This document shows, in pieces, positions 31,323-42,256 of a stretch of DNA of 61,886 nt (the stretch's first letter is position 1; the number at the start of each line of letters is the position of its first letter). The DNA is from Actinomycetota bacterium. Its GTDB lineage: Bacteria; Actinomycetota; Actinomycetes; Nanopelagicales; Nanopelagicaceae. A program made the position numbers and the translations under genes. The notes below the pieces were generated by a model. The model had not been told where the DNA came from. It searched no databases and saw nothing but the letters and a program-made list of their open reading frames with translations. The stretch is from NCBI GenBank assembly GCA_010031635.1, contig RGZI01000001.1, positions 1 through 61,886 on the forward strand. The letters are read 5' to 3'.

Positions 31323-32128
31323 CGGCGCTCACTCGATTCTGACTTTTTAGATCTTCTAATTATTGGATTGTTTAATGTTCCAATGCCCTCAATTGTAAGT
31401 GATGTTATCGAACCTTCTGGCATTGGACCGATACCGGCTGGAGTTCCGGTCAAAATCACATCTCCAGGAAGCAAGGTGTAGACTTGAGTTATAAATTCAA
31501 TAATGGTTGGAATATCAAAAATCATATCTGCGGTATTTCCAGATTGACGAAGTTGACCGTCTACCTCTGCAGTCAATTTCAAGTTAGTTGTATCTAACTC
31601 AGTCTCGATCCAGGGTCCAAGTGGGCAAAAAGTGTCAAAACCTTTTGCACGACTCCACTGTCCATCTACTTTTTGTAAATCTCGGGCGGTCACATCATTT
31701 GCGATGGTGTAACCGAAGATCACATCTTTTGCATTTGCTTTTTTTACATCTTTACAAACTTTTCCAATCACAATTGCGAGTTCAACTTCATGATCTACCC
31801 GCTCGCTCATAGCCGGCCAGACAATTGCATCATCCGGGCCAATTACCGAAGTATTAGGTTTAATAAATAGCACTGGCTCTTTAGGGACTTCGCTATTCAT
31901 CTCGGCAGCATGATCTGCATAATTTTTGCCAACACAGACAACTTTGCTACGTGGGATCACGGGCGCTAAAAGTTTCACATCAGTTAATTTTATTTTTTCT
32001 CCGGTAAATGTAATTGGGGCATATATTGGATCACCGACCAAGACTGAGAGTATTTGATCCGCGCCGATCACACCATAAAGCGGAGATACAGAAATCTCTT
32101 TAGCTGGTGAAAATCGGGCTATACGCAT
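31319..32128 (-). CDS. Fumarylacetoacetate hydrolase family protein
   Basis: GKNYADHA and other FAH-fold motifs. It overlaps gltX by 4 nt, the same neighbour as in mycobacteria. Confidence 0.85.
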   Translation of the reverse strand: MRIARFSPAKEISVSPLYGVIGADQILSVLVGDPIYAPITFTGEKIKLTDVKLLAPVIPRSKVVCVGKNYADHAAEMNSEVPKEPVLFIKPNTSVIGPDDAIVWPAMSERVDHEVELAIVIGKVCKDVKKANAKDVIFGYTIANDVTARDLQKVDGQWSRAKGFDTFCPLGPWIETELDTTNLKLTAEVDGQLRQSGNTADMIFDIPTIIEFITQVYTLLPGDVILTGTPAGIGPMPEGSITSLTIEGIGTLNNPIIRRSKKSESSERR

Positions 32129-32182
32129 GTGGGAATCTTATCGGGTCGGTTATGTAGTACCAGACCCTCAAGTTCAACTCAT

Positions 32183-32506
32183 TTAATAGGTGGTGATATT
32201 GCCATCTTGGTCAACGCTAGCAAGCAAGGCTGTTGGTGATATCTCGCGAATTGCTAATCGTGCCCTTGCAATTGGTTCGCTTCCAAAAGTGATTGCTGCT
32301 TCAATGGCGCTCGCTCCACTTGAAAGTGCCATACCTAACGCAAGCTCTAGTGCATCTAAAGTTATTGAATCTAACTTAACTGATACTGCCGCATATGTTC
32401 TTCCACTTTCATCTCGAACAGCTGCGCCTTGCGTTGCGCTAACTCGCACTGCAGTTGCCTTAGCAAGTGTTAATAATTTTTGATCTTCAGGATTACTAAA
32501 TGTCAT
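32183..32506 (-). CDS. Small cytidine-deaminase-fold-like protein lacking obvious zinc ligands; start uncertain (ATG 32506 or 32581)
   Basis: It lies in the conserved slot after the CBS/CorC gene. No HxE or PCxxC motif seen. Confidence 0.45.
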   Translation of the reverse strand: MTFSNPEDQKLLTLAKATAVRVSATQGAAVRDESGRTYAAVSVKLDSITLDALELALGMALSSGASAIEAAITFGSEPIARARLAIREISPTALLASVDQDGNITTY

Positions 32507-33812
32507 TTGCGTGATTGCTTTCTTGGCTCTGGCTATCAATTCTTTCAAGCAGGATACTTCCGATTCGCTTGCGTCTGCCAATCGGCCGTTCTGCCGTGTA
32601 CCGCCAATTACCTATCGTGATCTCACTTCCAGGAATAGGTACTTGACCTAAATGCTTTCCCATCAATCCACCAATTGTGTCTACTGATTCTTTGTCTTCA
32701 TCATCAAATTCAATATCAAGTTCTCGTTCCAAATCATCTAAATGCAGCCTTGCCTGAATTCTTACCTTTTTATTTCCTTCGCCGATCCACTCCATAACCT
32801 CTTCTTCGTCATCATATTCATCCGCGATTTCGCCAACAATCTCTTCAAGTATGTCTTCGATAGTAATTAGTCCTGCTGTTCCACCATACTCATCAACCAC
32901 AATCGCTAAATGGATTTGATGAGATTGCATTTCGCGTAGTAACTCATCTGCCATTTTATTTTCAGGCACAAAAGTTGCTGGCCGCATTAACTCTTCAACT
33001 TTTTCGCTTTGCTCGGCTTCTCTAAAGTCATGGGTCCGTTTTGCTAAATCTTTTATGTAAGCAATGCCAATAATTTCATCTAAGTCATCTCCGATCACTG
33101 GAATTCGCGAATATCCTGATCGAAGTGCAAGGGATAGTGCTTGACGTAAACTTTTGTCTCGTTCGATATAAACCATTTCGGTCCGCGGAACCATTACTTC
33201 GCGCACTAATGTGTCACCTAACTCAAAAACTGAGTGAATCATTTCATGCTCATCATCCTCAACAAATCCTTGCTCACGTGCCTGATTTACTAAATCACGA
33301 AACTCGGCTTCTGTTGTAAAAGGTCCGCCTCTAAAACCTTTTCCGGGAGTGATTGCATTACCAATTGCGATTAGCAAGCGAGTCACCGGCGAGAGCACCA
33401 CAGCTAGCGCTCCGGCAACAATGGCACCCGGGCGAGCCCATTTAATTGGATGTTGTCTTCCGAGGGTGCGTGGACCAACTCCCACTAATACATAAGAAAT
33501 TATTAACATCCCTAGAACTGTTACTGAAAGCGCAACCCGGCGATCCGAAAAAGAATCAAGTGCGATTGTTGCGACAATTACAGTTGCCGCCAATTCACAG
33601 GCTTTACGTACTAATAGAACTACATTTAAGTATTTAGTTCGATTTGAAGTGACTTTTAGCAGCCAAGCGCTTCCGCGTTTTTTTGAAGTAATTAATTCTT
33701 CAACTGCAATTCGAGAAATGGAATTTAGGCTCGCTTCGGTTCCAGCTAAAAATCCGGCAAAGACCAAGAGCAAGACAATAATCGCGAAGTTAAAGGCGTT
33801 CATTTCTGCCAA
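32496..33812 (-). CDS. CNNM/DUF21-CBS-CorC_HlyC membrane protein (hemolysin-like)
   Basis: N-terminal TM region, a CBS pair and a C-terminal CorC_HlyC-type domain. It follows ybeY. Confidence 0.85.
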   Translation of the reverse strand: MAEMNAFNFAIIVLLLVFAGFLAGTEASLNSISRIAVEELITSKKRGSAWLLKVTSNRTKYLNVVLLVRKACELAATVIVATIALDSFSDRRVALSVTVLGMLIISYVLVGVGPRTLGRQHPIKWARPGAIVAGALAVVLSPVTRLLIAIGNAITPGKGFRGGPFTTEAEFRDLVNQAREQGFVEDDEHEMIHSVFELGDTLVREVMVPRTEMVYIERDKSLRQALSLALRSGYSRIPVIGDDLDEIIGIAYIKDLAKRTHDFREAEQSEKVEELMRPATFVPENKMADELLREMQSHQIHLAIVVDEYGGTAGLITIEDILEEIVGEIADEYDDEEEVMEWIGEGNKKVRIQARLHLDDLERELDIEFDDEDKESVDTIGGLMGKHLGQVPIPGSEITIGNWRYTAERPIGRRKRIGSILLERIDSQSQESNHANDI

Positions 33813-34249
33813 TCTTGAACTATCTTGCCTTGAAGTGCAAACATTTTGGCTTCTTCTACTGGCTCCACGTGGTCAAAGCCCAATAAATGCAAGATTCCAT
33901 GAACTAATAAAATTCTTAATTCATGATCCATTCCATGCCCTGCAACATCTCCTTGCTTGCGGGCAACATCTGGACAGATAACTACATCACCAAGAACTAC
34001 TGGAACTTCGTCATTTTTGGAAATTTCATTTGGCCGCAACTCATCCATTGGAAAAGATAAGACATCTGTTGGGCCAGATTCATCCATCCACTCCTCATGA
34101 AGGCGGGTCATCTCCGCCTCGTCAACAAGTGAGATTTCAAGTTCTGCTCGCTGATCAACAAGAAGTTCTTGCAGGGCAAAAGCGGCTAAGTCAATTAATT
34201 CAACTTCAGCACAGGTTGTACCCGAACGATTGTCAATTTCTATAGACAC
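33800..34249 (-). CDS. ybeY: rRNA maturation endoribonuclease YbeY
   Basis: HGILHLLGFDH zinc motif. The GTG start follows directly after the phoH stop. Confidence 0.95.
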   Translation of the reverse strand: MSIEIDNRSGTTCAEVELIDLAAFALQELLVDQRAELEISLVDEAEMTRLHEEWMDESGPTDVLSFPMDELRPNEISKNDEVPVVLGDVVICPDVARKQGDVAGHGMDHELRILLVHGILHLLGFDHVEPVEEAKMFALQGKIVQDWQK

Positions 34250-35242
34250 CTAGCGGTCTGCGCCTCGCTTAATTTGTCTAACCTGATTAGCCTCGTCATA
34301 ACGACCATATGCAGCCACTATGTCACCAACAAGTTTATGTCTAACAACATCTTCTTGAGTTAGATCCATAAATTCTAGATCGTTTACACCATCTAAAATA
34401 TCTCGCACAATTCGCAAACCGGAAGTTACGCCACTCGGTAAATCAATCTGAGTTATATCTCCAGTGATCACCATCTTTGAATTAAAACCAAGTCGAGTTA
34501 AAAACATTTTCATTTGCTCGGCCGAAGTATTTTGGGCCTCATCAAGAATAATAAAAGCATCATTTAAAGTTCTTCCACGCATATATGCAAGCGGGGCAAC
34601 TTCAATTGTTCCTGCAGCCAACAATTTAGGAATTGAATCTGGCTCGATCATGTCTTGAAGTGCATCAAACAAAGGTCGCAAATATGGATCGATTTTTTCA
34701 TGTAACGTTCCAGGAAGAAAACCTAATCGCTCCCCTGCTTCAACTGCGGGCCGGGTAAGAATAATTCGACTAACTTCTTTACTTTGCAATGCTGCAATAG
34801 CTTTTGCAACTGCCAAATAAGTTTTTCCAGTACCAGCCGGACCGATTCCAAATACGATTGTATTTTTATCAATGGCATCCACATATTTTTTCTGATTAGC
34901 AGTTTTGGGACGGATAGTGCGTCCGCGTGAACTTAAAATGTTTAAGGAGAATACTTCTGCTGGCTTAGTATTTGAATTAATCATCTTCATGCTTCTTTTA
35001 ACCGCATCAGTAGTTATGGTTCCACCAGATCGCACAACAACACTTAGTTCGAGTAACAATTTTTCTAGTAGGAGAACCTCAATCCGATCTCCAGAGGCAA
35101 GCACGCTTTCGCCCCTGACCGCAATTTCAAGATTTGGAAAAGCCTTTTCAATCTCACGTAAATTTGTGTCCCCTGCGCCCAGCAAATTAACCATTGAGAT
35201 GCCAGCGGGCAGTGCGATTGAGAGGGCGTTATTTGGCTCCAT
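34250..35242 (-). CDS. phoH: PhoH-like ATPase
   Basis: Walker A GPAGTGKTYLAVA. Start taken at the ATG at 35242, which avoids overlapping the HIT gene. Confidence 0.92.
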   Translation of the reverse strand: MEPNNALSIALPAGISMVNLLGAGDTNLREIEKAFPNLEIAVRGESVLASGDRIEVLLLEKLLLELSVVVRSGGTITTDAVKRSMKMINSNTKPAEVFSLNILSSRGRTIRPKTANQKKYVDAIDKNTIVFGIGPAGTGKTYLAVAKAIAALQSKEVSRIILTRPAVEAGERLGFLPGTLHEKIDPYLRPLFDALQDMIEPDSIPKLLAAGTIEVAPLAYMRGRTLNDAFIILDEAQNTSAEQMKMFLTRLGFNSKMVITGDITQIDLPSGVTSGLRIVRDILDGVNDLEFMDLTQEDVVRHKLVGDIVAAYGRYDEANQVRQIKRGADR

Positions 35243-35252
35243 TAATACCAGT

Positions 35253-35597
35253 CTAGCCCGGAGGCCACGTAAAGGTACGGCCACCCATGAGATGTAAGTG
35301 AGCGTGGAAAACGGTCTGACCGGCCTCGGCGCCAGTATTGAAAGTTAAGCGATAGCCAGATAAACCTTTTTCTTGCGCCAGCTCGCCGGCTTTAGCCAAG
35401 AGTTTGGCGGCGGTTTGTGGATCCTTTTGGGCGACTTCAGCGCCATTTTCATAATGTTTTTTCGGTATTAATAAAAGATGCGTGGGGGCTTGAGGGGCGA
35501 TATCGGCGATCACAAAAATATCTTGATCTTCAAATATTTTTACTACCGGGATTTCACTTTTAGAAAATTTGCAAAATAAACACTCTTGTTCACTCAA
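35253..35597 (-). CDS. HIT (histidine triad) family protein
   Basis: HAHLHLMGG triad. Confidence 0.9.
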   Translation of the reverse strand: MSEQECLFCKFSKSEIPVVKIFEDQDIFVIADIAPQAPTHLLLIPKKHYENGAEVAQKDPQTAAKLLAKAGELAQEKGLSGYRLTFNTGAEAGQTVFHAHLHLMGGRTFTWPPG

Positions 35598-35624
35598 TTG
35601 AGAATCACCACCTTTCTCGTCTTC

Positions 35625-36344
35625 TTACCATTTCCCTGTTCGCGACATTACAACCGATGTAGCAGCAGCGCCGGCATTTGCAGCACGCAACACGCTCTCA
35701 CCAAGTCTTACTACTTTGGCACCGGCAGCTACAAAGGTATTAACTTCAAATTCGCTTAAGCCACCTTCTGGTCCAACAATCAAAAATATATCTACTGCTT
35801 GGTTTATCTCGATTTGGGTCAAACGATTTTCAGCTGCTTCATGTAATACAAAGACATTTTCAAAATCTTTAATCTTAGAGATCAAATTTTCAGTTGAAAG
35901 AGTATTAGCGATTACTGGAATTCTTGTTCTGCGAGATTGCCGCGAACTTTCGCGTGCAGTATTTTGCCATTTACTTAAGCTTTTATTATCTATTTTTCCA
36001 ATACTATGTTGACTCTGCCAAGGAATTATTTCATCAATTCCGACTTGAGTTAAAAAATCTATGGCTTCTTTATTGGCATCATTTTTTAAGATTGCCTGTA
36101 CCGCAACCACTCGTTGTTTTGGGGCTGGATCAAATCCACAAGTAGAAATTTCAACTGTAAAGCTTTTCTTGCCTATCTGATTGACTTTGCCAATCGCCCA
36201 GTTTCCGGCGCCATCACTAATTTTAATTTCTTCTGCTTCTTTTAACCGAAGGACATTCACTCCATGGTGAGCTTCGTCGCCATCAACTTCAATTTGATTG
36301 GCGGAAAAGCTAGTACCTTCAGACACGAAGAATGTAGTGAGCAT
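35625..36344 (-). CDS. rsmE: 16S rRNA (uracil1498-N3)-methyltransferase
   Basis: PUA-like N-terminus and SPOUT motif VGPEGGLSEFE. The ATG overlaps the stop of the dnaJ C-terminal frame (TGATG). Confidence 0.85.
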   Translation of the reverse strand: MLTTFFVSEGTSFSANQIEVDGDEAHHGVNVLRLKEAEEIKISDGAGNWAIGKVNQIGKKSFTVEISTCGFDPAPKQRVVAVQAILKNDANKEAIDFLTQVGIDEIIPWQSQHSIGKIDNKSLSKWQNTARESSRQSRRTRIPVIANTLSTENLISKIKDFENVFVLHEAAENRLTQIEINQAVDIFLIVGPEGGLSEFEVNTFVAAGAKVVRLGESVLRAANAGAAATSVVMSRTGKW

Positions 36345-36589
36345 CAACGGCCAAGTGCATCTTTAAGGCGCCCGAACAAACCATTTTCGCGATTATCTAC
36401 TTTGGCACTCTCTGCAGAATCGCCACGCGAATTCGCAAAGTTACGCATCAACTCTTCTTCTGATTTGTTTAACTTTGCCGGGATCACTACTTCAACATGT
36501 ACAAATAATTCACCACGATGTGAACTTCTTAATTTAGTTACCCCGCGATTTTTAATTGGAATTACAGTTCCGCTTTGAGTGCCAGCTTT
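36344..36589 (-). other. dnaJ: -1-frame continuation encoding the DnaJ C-terminus (end of CTD II plus tail)
   Basis: My translation is [52 protein letters not shown]...GLFGRLKDALGR*. There is no start codon in this frame upstream of the homologous part. Confidence 0.85.
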
Positions 36590-37308
36590 AAATCTCCAGC
36601 AGGTCCACCTCCAGGTCCAACTTCCCCTTGCCCGCTCATCTGAATTCGATTTCCAGTTTCAACTCCTGCTGGAATCTGCACATTTAATGTTCTCCGTGAT
36701 CGCACCCGTCCGTCGCCAGCACATTCACGGCATGGGTCGGTAATGACACTTCCAAATCCTTGGCAATTAGCGCATGGTCGTGAACTCATTACTTGTCCAA
36801 GAACCGAACGAGTTACTTGCTGGACTTCTCCGCGGCCCTGGCAGATCGGGCATTTACTTGGCTGAGTTGAACCAGAAGAACCAGATCCCGTGCATTTCGT
36901 ACAAACCAAAGCTGTTTCTACTGTGATCTCTCGGTCACTTCCAAAAGTAGCTTCCATCAAATCAATTTCAATTCGGATTAACGCATCCTGGCCTCTGCGC
37001 ACACGTGGACGGGGACCTCTTGAACCGCCACCGCCAAAAAAGGCATCCATGATGTCGCCAAAACCAAAGCCGCCACCAGCGCCGCCAGCTCCAAAATTAA
37101 AACCTTGTCCCCCACGGTCAAAATTAGAACGCTTATTCGGATCGCTCAAAACTTCATAAGCTTCAGTTACCTCTTTAAAACGATTTTGCGCAACTGGGTC
37201 TGGATTTACATCTGGATGTAATTCGCGAGCAAGTTTGCGATAAGCACGTTTAATCTCATCACTTGATGCATTTCTTTCCACACCAAGCACATCATAAAAA
37301 TCAGCCAT
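36562..37308 (-). CDS. dnaJ: Chaperone DnaJ, zero-frame product (J domain, G/F region, four CxxCxGxG fingers, start of CTD I), prematurely terminated
   Basis: DFYDVLGV...HPD, a GGFGFG region, and [32 protein letters not shown]. Homology runs to [13 protein letters not shown] and then KLALKAEL*. Confidence 0.9.
   Translation of the reverse strand: MADFYDVLGVERNASSDEIKRAYRKLARELHPDVNPDPVAQNRFKEVTEAYEVLSDPNKRSNFDRGGQGFNFGAGGAGGGFGFGDIMDAFFGGGGSRGPRPRVRRGQDALIRIEIDLMEATFGSDREITVETALVCTKCTGSGSSGSTQPSKCPICQGRGEVQQVTRSVLGQVMSSRPCANCQGFGSVITDPCRECAGDGRVRSRRTLNVQIPAGVETGNRIQMSGQGEVGPGGGPAGDLKLALKAEL
36586..36592 (-). promoter_or_regulatory. Candidate -1 slippery heptamer T_TTA_AAG at the dnaJ frame junction
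   Basis: The zero-frame codons gaT TTA AAG fit the X_XXY_YYZ pattern, and the junction of the two homologous frames falls on it. Confidence 0.4.
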
Positions 37309-38324
37309 TAAAATCCTTCTTCTAGGAAGCGACTTACATATCTAGCTACTGCGCTTACCGCACTCATTGACCCGGAATAATCCATTCGAGTTGGCCCAAT
37401 AATTCCTAAGTTGGCTACTCGTTCTCCTTCAGGGCCATAGCCCGAAGTCACGATACTTGTTGATTGCAGATTGGCATTATCTTGCTCGTGACCAATTTTA
37501 ACTTGAGTTCCATCTGCAGTTTCACCAAGCAGATGTAGCAATACAACCTGTTCTTCTAGCGCTTCTAATATTGGGTGAAAGCTTGTTGGGAAATCACTTG
37601 GAATTCTTGCCAAATTTGCAGTTCCTGAAACTATGACTTTTTCTTCACTTCTTTCAATTGCCATTTCCAGAATTACATTTACCACTGAAGTTACGTTTGC
37701 TCTCTCGATGGCTTCAAATTTCTCGGTAAAACTTTTTAAAGCGTTTGGTATTTGATTTAATTTCTCTCCAGCGCAAATAAGATTAAGTTGGCTTCTAAGT
37801 TTCGCTACATTTTCTTCATTCATTTGATTTGCTAATTCAACAATTCGTTGTTCTACGCGTCCGGTATCGGTAATCAAAACAATCATTAGGCGCATTGGTG
37901 TCAAAGGTAAAATTTCTATATGTCTCACCGCAGATTTTGAAAGAGAAGGATACTGAACAATTGCTACTTGCTTTGTCACTTGCGCGAGCAATCGAACTGT
38001 TCGATTAACTACATCATCAAGATCTACCGCACCTTCTAAAAAGTGATCGATCGCCCGTCGCTCAGGTGCCGATAAAGGCTTGACTGTCGATATCCGATCC
38101 ACAAAAACTCGATATCCAAGATCGGTTGGTATCCGCCCAGCACTTGTGTGTGGCTGCGAAATTAAGCCCTCTTCTTCAAGAAGTGCCATCTCGTTGCGAA
38201 TTGTTGCCGGTGAAATCCCTAATGAATGTCGCGCAGCTAAAACTTTTGATCCAACAGGTTCATTTGTGGCCACATAATCATCAACGATCGCTCGTAATAT
38301 CTCGAGACGGCGATCGGCGATCAT
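37308..38324 (-). CDS. hrcA: Heat-inducible transcription repressor HrcA
   Basis: N-terminal winged helix [28 protein letters not shown] lies upstream and dnaJ downstream. Confidence 0.93.
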   Translation of the reverse strand: MIADRRLEILRAIVDDYVATNEPVGSKVLAARHSLGISPATIRNEMALLEEEGLISQPHTSAGRIPTDLGYRVFVDRISTVKPLSAPERRAIDHFLEGAVDLDDVVNRTVRLLAQVTKQVAIVQYPSLSKSAVRHIEILPLTPMRLMIVLITDTGRVEQRIVELANQMNEENVAKLRSQLNLICAGEKLNQIPNALKSFTEKFEAIERANVTSVVNVILEMAIERSEEKVIVSGTANLARIPSDFPTSFHPILEALEEQVVLLHLLGETADGTQVKIGHEQDNANLQSTSIVTSGYGPEGERVANLGIIGPTRMDYSGSMSAVSAVARYVSRFLEEGF

Positions 38325-38364
38325 CTAAAGGCTCCTAGATTTAAAAGGCTAAACAGGTTAAGCA

Positions 38365-38391
38365 TTGGCACTTAACTTGGTCGAGTGCCAA
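38365..38391. promoter_or_regulatory. CIRCE operator (HrcA binding site)
   Basis: TTGGCACTT-N9-GAGTGCCAA compared with consensus TTAGCACTC-N9-GAGTGCTAA. It lies 40 nt upstream of the hrcA ATG. Confidence 0.85.
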
Positions 38392-38400
38392 ATTTACCCC

Positions 38401-38760
38401 CTAAATCGTGACTAAGGCGATCGAAAGGGCGGTCAGCAGCACAAATGCCGGAAGAGCGGTTGATCCCTTGCCGGCTCGGAAGTGAACCCCAACGGCTCCG
38501 GCCATCACAAACCACAAGCCCACTAAAGCTAACCAACCAATAGCGGTGACTCTGATTCCAAGCAAAATTCCAAAAGCGCCCAAAACTTCAAAGATTCCTA
38601 CGATCCGTGCAAGTGAGTCCTTAACCCCTACATCACGTGTCCCAGATAGCCCTTTTTCATTTCCACTGGCTTTTGAAATTCCAGATAGAAAGAAGATGAT
38701 TGCCAAGATGATCGAAAGTACTAAGTTGAAAGTTTCCATAAGTAGAGAATACTCCATCAA
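38401..38760 (-). CDS. DoxX-family small membrane protein
   Basis: 119 aa with four predicted hydrophobic helices of DoxX-like composition. Confidence 0.65.
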   Translation of the reverse strand: MMEYSLLMETFNLVLSIILAIIFFLSGISKASGNEKGLSGTRDVGVKDSLARIVGIFEVLGAFGILLGIRVTAIGWLALVGLWFVMAGAVGVHFRAGKGSTALPAFVLLTALSIALVTI

Positions 38761-38785
38761 CTTTTAGGAACAGTGCTTATTTGTA

Positions 38786-39961
38786 CTAGTTGTCTAATGC
38801 TCTAACTATTTGATCTGCGAGTAAACGGCCGGTTATCGACAATTTAAGTTCCCCTGATTGCCATGCCTTCTCATCTAAGTGGCCTTGAGAAAGATAAGAA
38901 TTCAGTATCGCTAATTCAGGCTCAGTAAAAAAATCTAAAGACAAGCCAGATGAGAGTCTAATCCGCAACAAAATCTCTTCAAACCGCAACTGCTCTGTAG
39001 TCAGCTCTTCCTTCTCCAACATCGGTGATTCACCGCTACTAAGTTTTGAAATATATGTAGTGGGATGTTTTACATTCCACCATCTAACTCCCTGCACATG
39101 GGAATGTGCACCCGCACCGATTCCCCACCAATCATTGCTGTGCCAATAAGCAATATTGTGGCGAGCTTCCCCGCCTTTCAAAGACCAATTACTTACCTCA
39201 TACCAATTCATGCCAGCTTTATTTGCCAACTCATCTACTAATAAATACTTATCAGCGGTTTCATCATCTGGTGGCATCACTACATCTCCGCGTCGAACTT
39301 GTGCGCCCAACTTGGTTCCCTCTTCGACAATCAACGCGTATGCACTTAAGTGATCAATCGGTAGCGACAATGCTGCAGTAACGCTTTCCTTCCAATCATC
39401 AATTGATTCACCCGGTACTCCGTAAATTAAATCAAGGGATATATGTTCAAATCCAGCATCAATCGCCTCATGAACTACTTCGCTAACTCGAGCTGGATTA
39501 TGGGTTCGATCTAAAGTCGCCAAGACATGTGTTTTCGCAGATTGCATTCCAAAGGAGACACGATTTATCCCCGACACTCTTAAGTTCTTTAAATCAACTG
39601 CGCTAACTGAATCTGGATTAGCTTCTGTAGTGATTTCAATATCTTCAGAGAAGCCGAATTTCTCTTTTAACTCATCAAGCACGCGAGCTAAGTCAGCGGA
39701 TGGAAGCAAAGTTGGAGTGCCTCCACCAAAAAATATAGTGTCGATTGAACGCACTTGCTCTTTGCTCTGAAGAAAATCAAATGCTTGATTTATTTCGATA
39801 ATTGCTGCATCTACATAACCTTGTGAAACTTTGGCGACGTTAGCTTCGCCTTCTTTTAATTCACTTGGGGTGTAAGTATTGAAATCGCAGTAACCACATC
39901 TTCTTATGCAGTATGGGATGTGAATATAAAAAGAGAGCGGCTTCAAAGTAGCTTTTGCCAC
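38786..39961 (-). CDS. hemW: Radical SAM heme chaperone HemW (HemN-like)
   Basis: CIRRCGYCDF CxxxCxxC cluster and HemN_C-like end. It sits downstream of lepA, the usual position. Confidence 0.9.
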   Translation of the reverse strand: MAKATLKPLSFYIHIPYCIRRCGYCDFNTYTPSELKEGEANVAKVSQGYVDAAIIEINQAFDFLQSKEQVRSIDTIFFGGGTPTLLPSADLARVLDELKEKFGFSEDIEITTEANPDSVSAVDLKNLRVSGINRVSFGMQSAKTHVLATLDRTHNPARVSEVVHEAIDAGFEHISLDLIYGVPGESIDDWKESVTAALSLPIDHLSAYALIVEEGTKLGAQVRRGDVVMPPDDETADKYLLVDELANKAGMNWYEVSNWSLKGGEARHNIAYWHSNDWWGIGAGAHSHVQGVRWWNVKHPTTYISKLSSGESPMLEKEELTTEQLRFEEILLRIRLSSGLSLDFFTEPELAILNSYLSQGHLDEKAWQSGELKLSITGRLLADQIVRALDN

Positions 39962-39963
39962 TA

Positions 39964-41826
39964 TTACTTCTTGGCCTTGGCTTTATCTACCTCTTCATTT
40001 GTCGAAAGAGCAGCAATAAATGCTTCTTGCGGAACTTCAACCCGGCCCACCATCTTCATGCGCTTCTTTCCCTCTTTTTGCTTTTCCAGAAGTTTGCGCT
40101 TACGACTGATATCGCCACCATAACATTTTGCTAAGACATCTTTTCGCATCGCACGAATACTTTCGCGCGCAATAATTCTGGATCCCACTGCAGCCTGAAT
40201 TGGAACCTCAAATTGCTGGCGAGGAATTAACTCTCTTAATTTCCCAGTCATCATTACGCCGTACGCATACGCTTTATCTCGGTGCACAATTGCACTGAAT
40301 GCGTCTACTGCTTCACCTTGTAACAAAATATCTACTTTTACAAGTTCACCTGGTGCTTCACCAATTGGCTCATAATCAAGTGAGGCGTAACCACGCGTTT
40401 TAGATTTCAAACTGTCGAAGAAGTCAAAAACAATCTCGCCAAGTGGAAGGGTGTAACGAATCTCGACTCGATCCTCAGATAAGTAATCCATACCTAACAA
40501 AACACCACGTCTAGTTTGGCAAAGCTCCATAATTGCTCCGATAAATTCACTTGGAGCCAAAATTGTCGCGCGCACAATTGGTTCGCGCACTTCATCAATT
40601 TTAGTCATTGGGAATTCACTTGGGTTGGTGACTTTAACGATCGTTCCATCATCAAGTGTTAAGTTGTAAACGACGTTTGGTGCGGTGGAGATTAGATCTA
40701 GTCCTGCTTCACGTTCCAACCGTTCGCGAACAATTTCCATATGGAGCAACCCTAAGAATCCACATCTAAATCCAAATCCAAGTGCGGCTGAGGTCTCTGG
40801 TTCAAAAACTAATGCAGCATCATTTAGTTGTAGCTTCTCAAGTGCTTCACGTAACGCTGGATACTCAGAACTATCAAGTGGGTAAAGACCAGAAAAGACC
40901 ATAGGGACTGGATCTTTGTATCCAGGAAGTTGAGTTGTTGCTGGACGTTGTGCATTTGTGATGGTGTCACCAACACGAGATTGGCGCACATCTTTTACGC
41001 CAGTAATTAAATAACCAACCTCACCAACGCCAAGTCCACCACTGGAAACTGGCTCAGGTGAGATAACGCCAACTTCTAATGCTTCATGCTTAATACCAGT
41101 AGATAACATTTGAATCTGATCATGTGCCTTTAGATTTCCATCAACTACTCGCACATAAGTAACAACACCACGGTAAAGGTCATAAACCGAATCAAAAATC
41201 AAGGCACGTGCTGGTGCTTTTGGATCACCTTGTGGTGGAGGTACTTGGCGCACAATTTGATCTAAGAGTTCTGCTACTCCTGCGCCGGTTTTACCCGACA
41301 CCCGAAGACAATCTTCAGGTTGGCAGCCAATTAAGCGGGCAAGTTCTTCGGCAAATTTTTCCGGTTGTGCGGCTGGTAAATCAATTTTATTTAAAACTGG
41401 AATGATCGTTAAATTATTTTCCATCGCTAAATAAAGATTGGCCAAAGTTTGCGCTTCGATTCCTTGTGCGCAATCAACCAAGAGAACCGCACCTTCACAG
41501 GCTGCAAGTGATCTAGATACTTCATATGTGAAATCAACATGGCCTGGAGTGTCGATCATATTTAATATGTAATCGGATCCTTCGACCTGCCAAGGTAAAC
41601 GAACTGCTTGACTTTTAATTGTAATTCCGCGCTCGCGTTCAATATCCATTCGATCTAAATATTGGGCGCGCATATTTCTGGCTTCAACGACGCCAGTTAT
41701 TCCAAGCATTCGATCGGCAAGAGTTGATTTACCATGATCAATATGAGCAATGATCGAAAAATTACGAATTTGTAATGGATCGGTAGCCGAAGGTTTGGGA
41801 GCTCGGTCTAATGGAATGGCAGGCAT
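39964..41826 (-). CDS. lepA: Elongation factor 4 (LepA)
   Basis: [28 protein letters not shown] and the LepA C-terminal domain. Confidence 0.97.
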   Translation of the reverse strand: MPAIPLDRAPKPSATDPLQIRNFSIIAHIDHGKSTLADRMLGITGVVEARNMRAQYLDRMDIERERGITIKSQAVRLPWQVEGSDYILNMIDTPGHVDFTYEVSRSLAACEGAVLLVDCAQGIEAQTLANLYLAMENNLTIIPVLNKIDLPAAQPEKFAEELARLIGCQPEDCLRVSGKTGAGVAELLDQIVRQVPPPQGDPKAPARALIFDSVYDLYRGVVTYVRVVDGNLKAHDQIQMLSTGIKHEALEVGVISPEPVSSGGLGVGEVGYLITGVKDVRQSRVGDTITNAQRPATTQLPGYKDPVPMVFSGLYPLDSSEYPALREALEKLQLNDAALVFEPETSAALGFGFRCGFLGLLHMEIVRERLEREAGLDLISTAPNVVYNLTLDDGTIVKVTNPSEFPMTKIDEVREPIVRATILAPSEFIGAIMELCQTRRGVLLGMDYLSEDRVEIRYTLPLGEIVFDFFDSLKSKTRGYASLDYEPIGEAPGELVKVDILLQGEAVDAFSAIVHRDKAYAYGVMMTGKLRELIPRQQFEVPIQAAVGSRIIARESIRAMRKDVLAKCYGGDISRKRKLLEKQKEGKKRMKMVGRVEVPQEAFIAALSTNEEVDKAKAKK

Positions 41827-41853
41827 GAGCGCAGATCAGCCGATCTGGGTCAA

Positions 41854-42117
41854 TTACTTAGCGCGGGAGACAGCCTTTGCCATCGCCGACTTCTTGTTCG
41901 CGGCCTGATTCTTATGAATTACACCTTTTGCAACTGCGATATCTAGTGCGCGTGATGCAGCACGAAGTTCTTGTGTTGTCATGGCCTTGTCACTTCCGGC
42001 AGAGGTCGAGCGGAATTTACGAATTGCACTTTTAAGAGCAGAACGAACGCCTTTGTTGTTGATGCGTGCCTTCTCGTTTGTGCCAATCCGCTTAATCTGT
42101 GACTTGATATTTGCCAT
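41854..42117 (-). CDS. rpsT: 30S ribosomal protein S20
   Basis: [19 protein letters not shown]-terminus. Confidence 0.93.
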   Translation of the reverse strand: MANIKSQIKRIGTNEKARINNKGVRSALKSAIRKFRSTSAGSDKAMTTQELRAASRALDIAVAKGVIHKNQAANKKSAMAKAVSRAK

Positions 42118-42256
42118 CTCTTCGAACACCAATCTCTTCATTATCCAGATCTATCTGAAATCTGATCTCAACTTAGGGAAGTTAAGAGGCGCAAGGGTAT
42201 CAGCGGAGCCCGAATGGGTTCAAACTGAGCGAATTCAGCCGTTTTCCTAACCAGTC

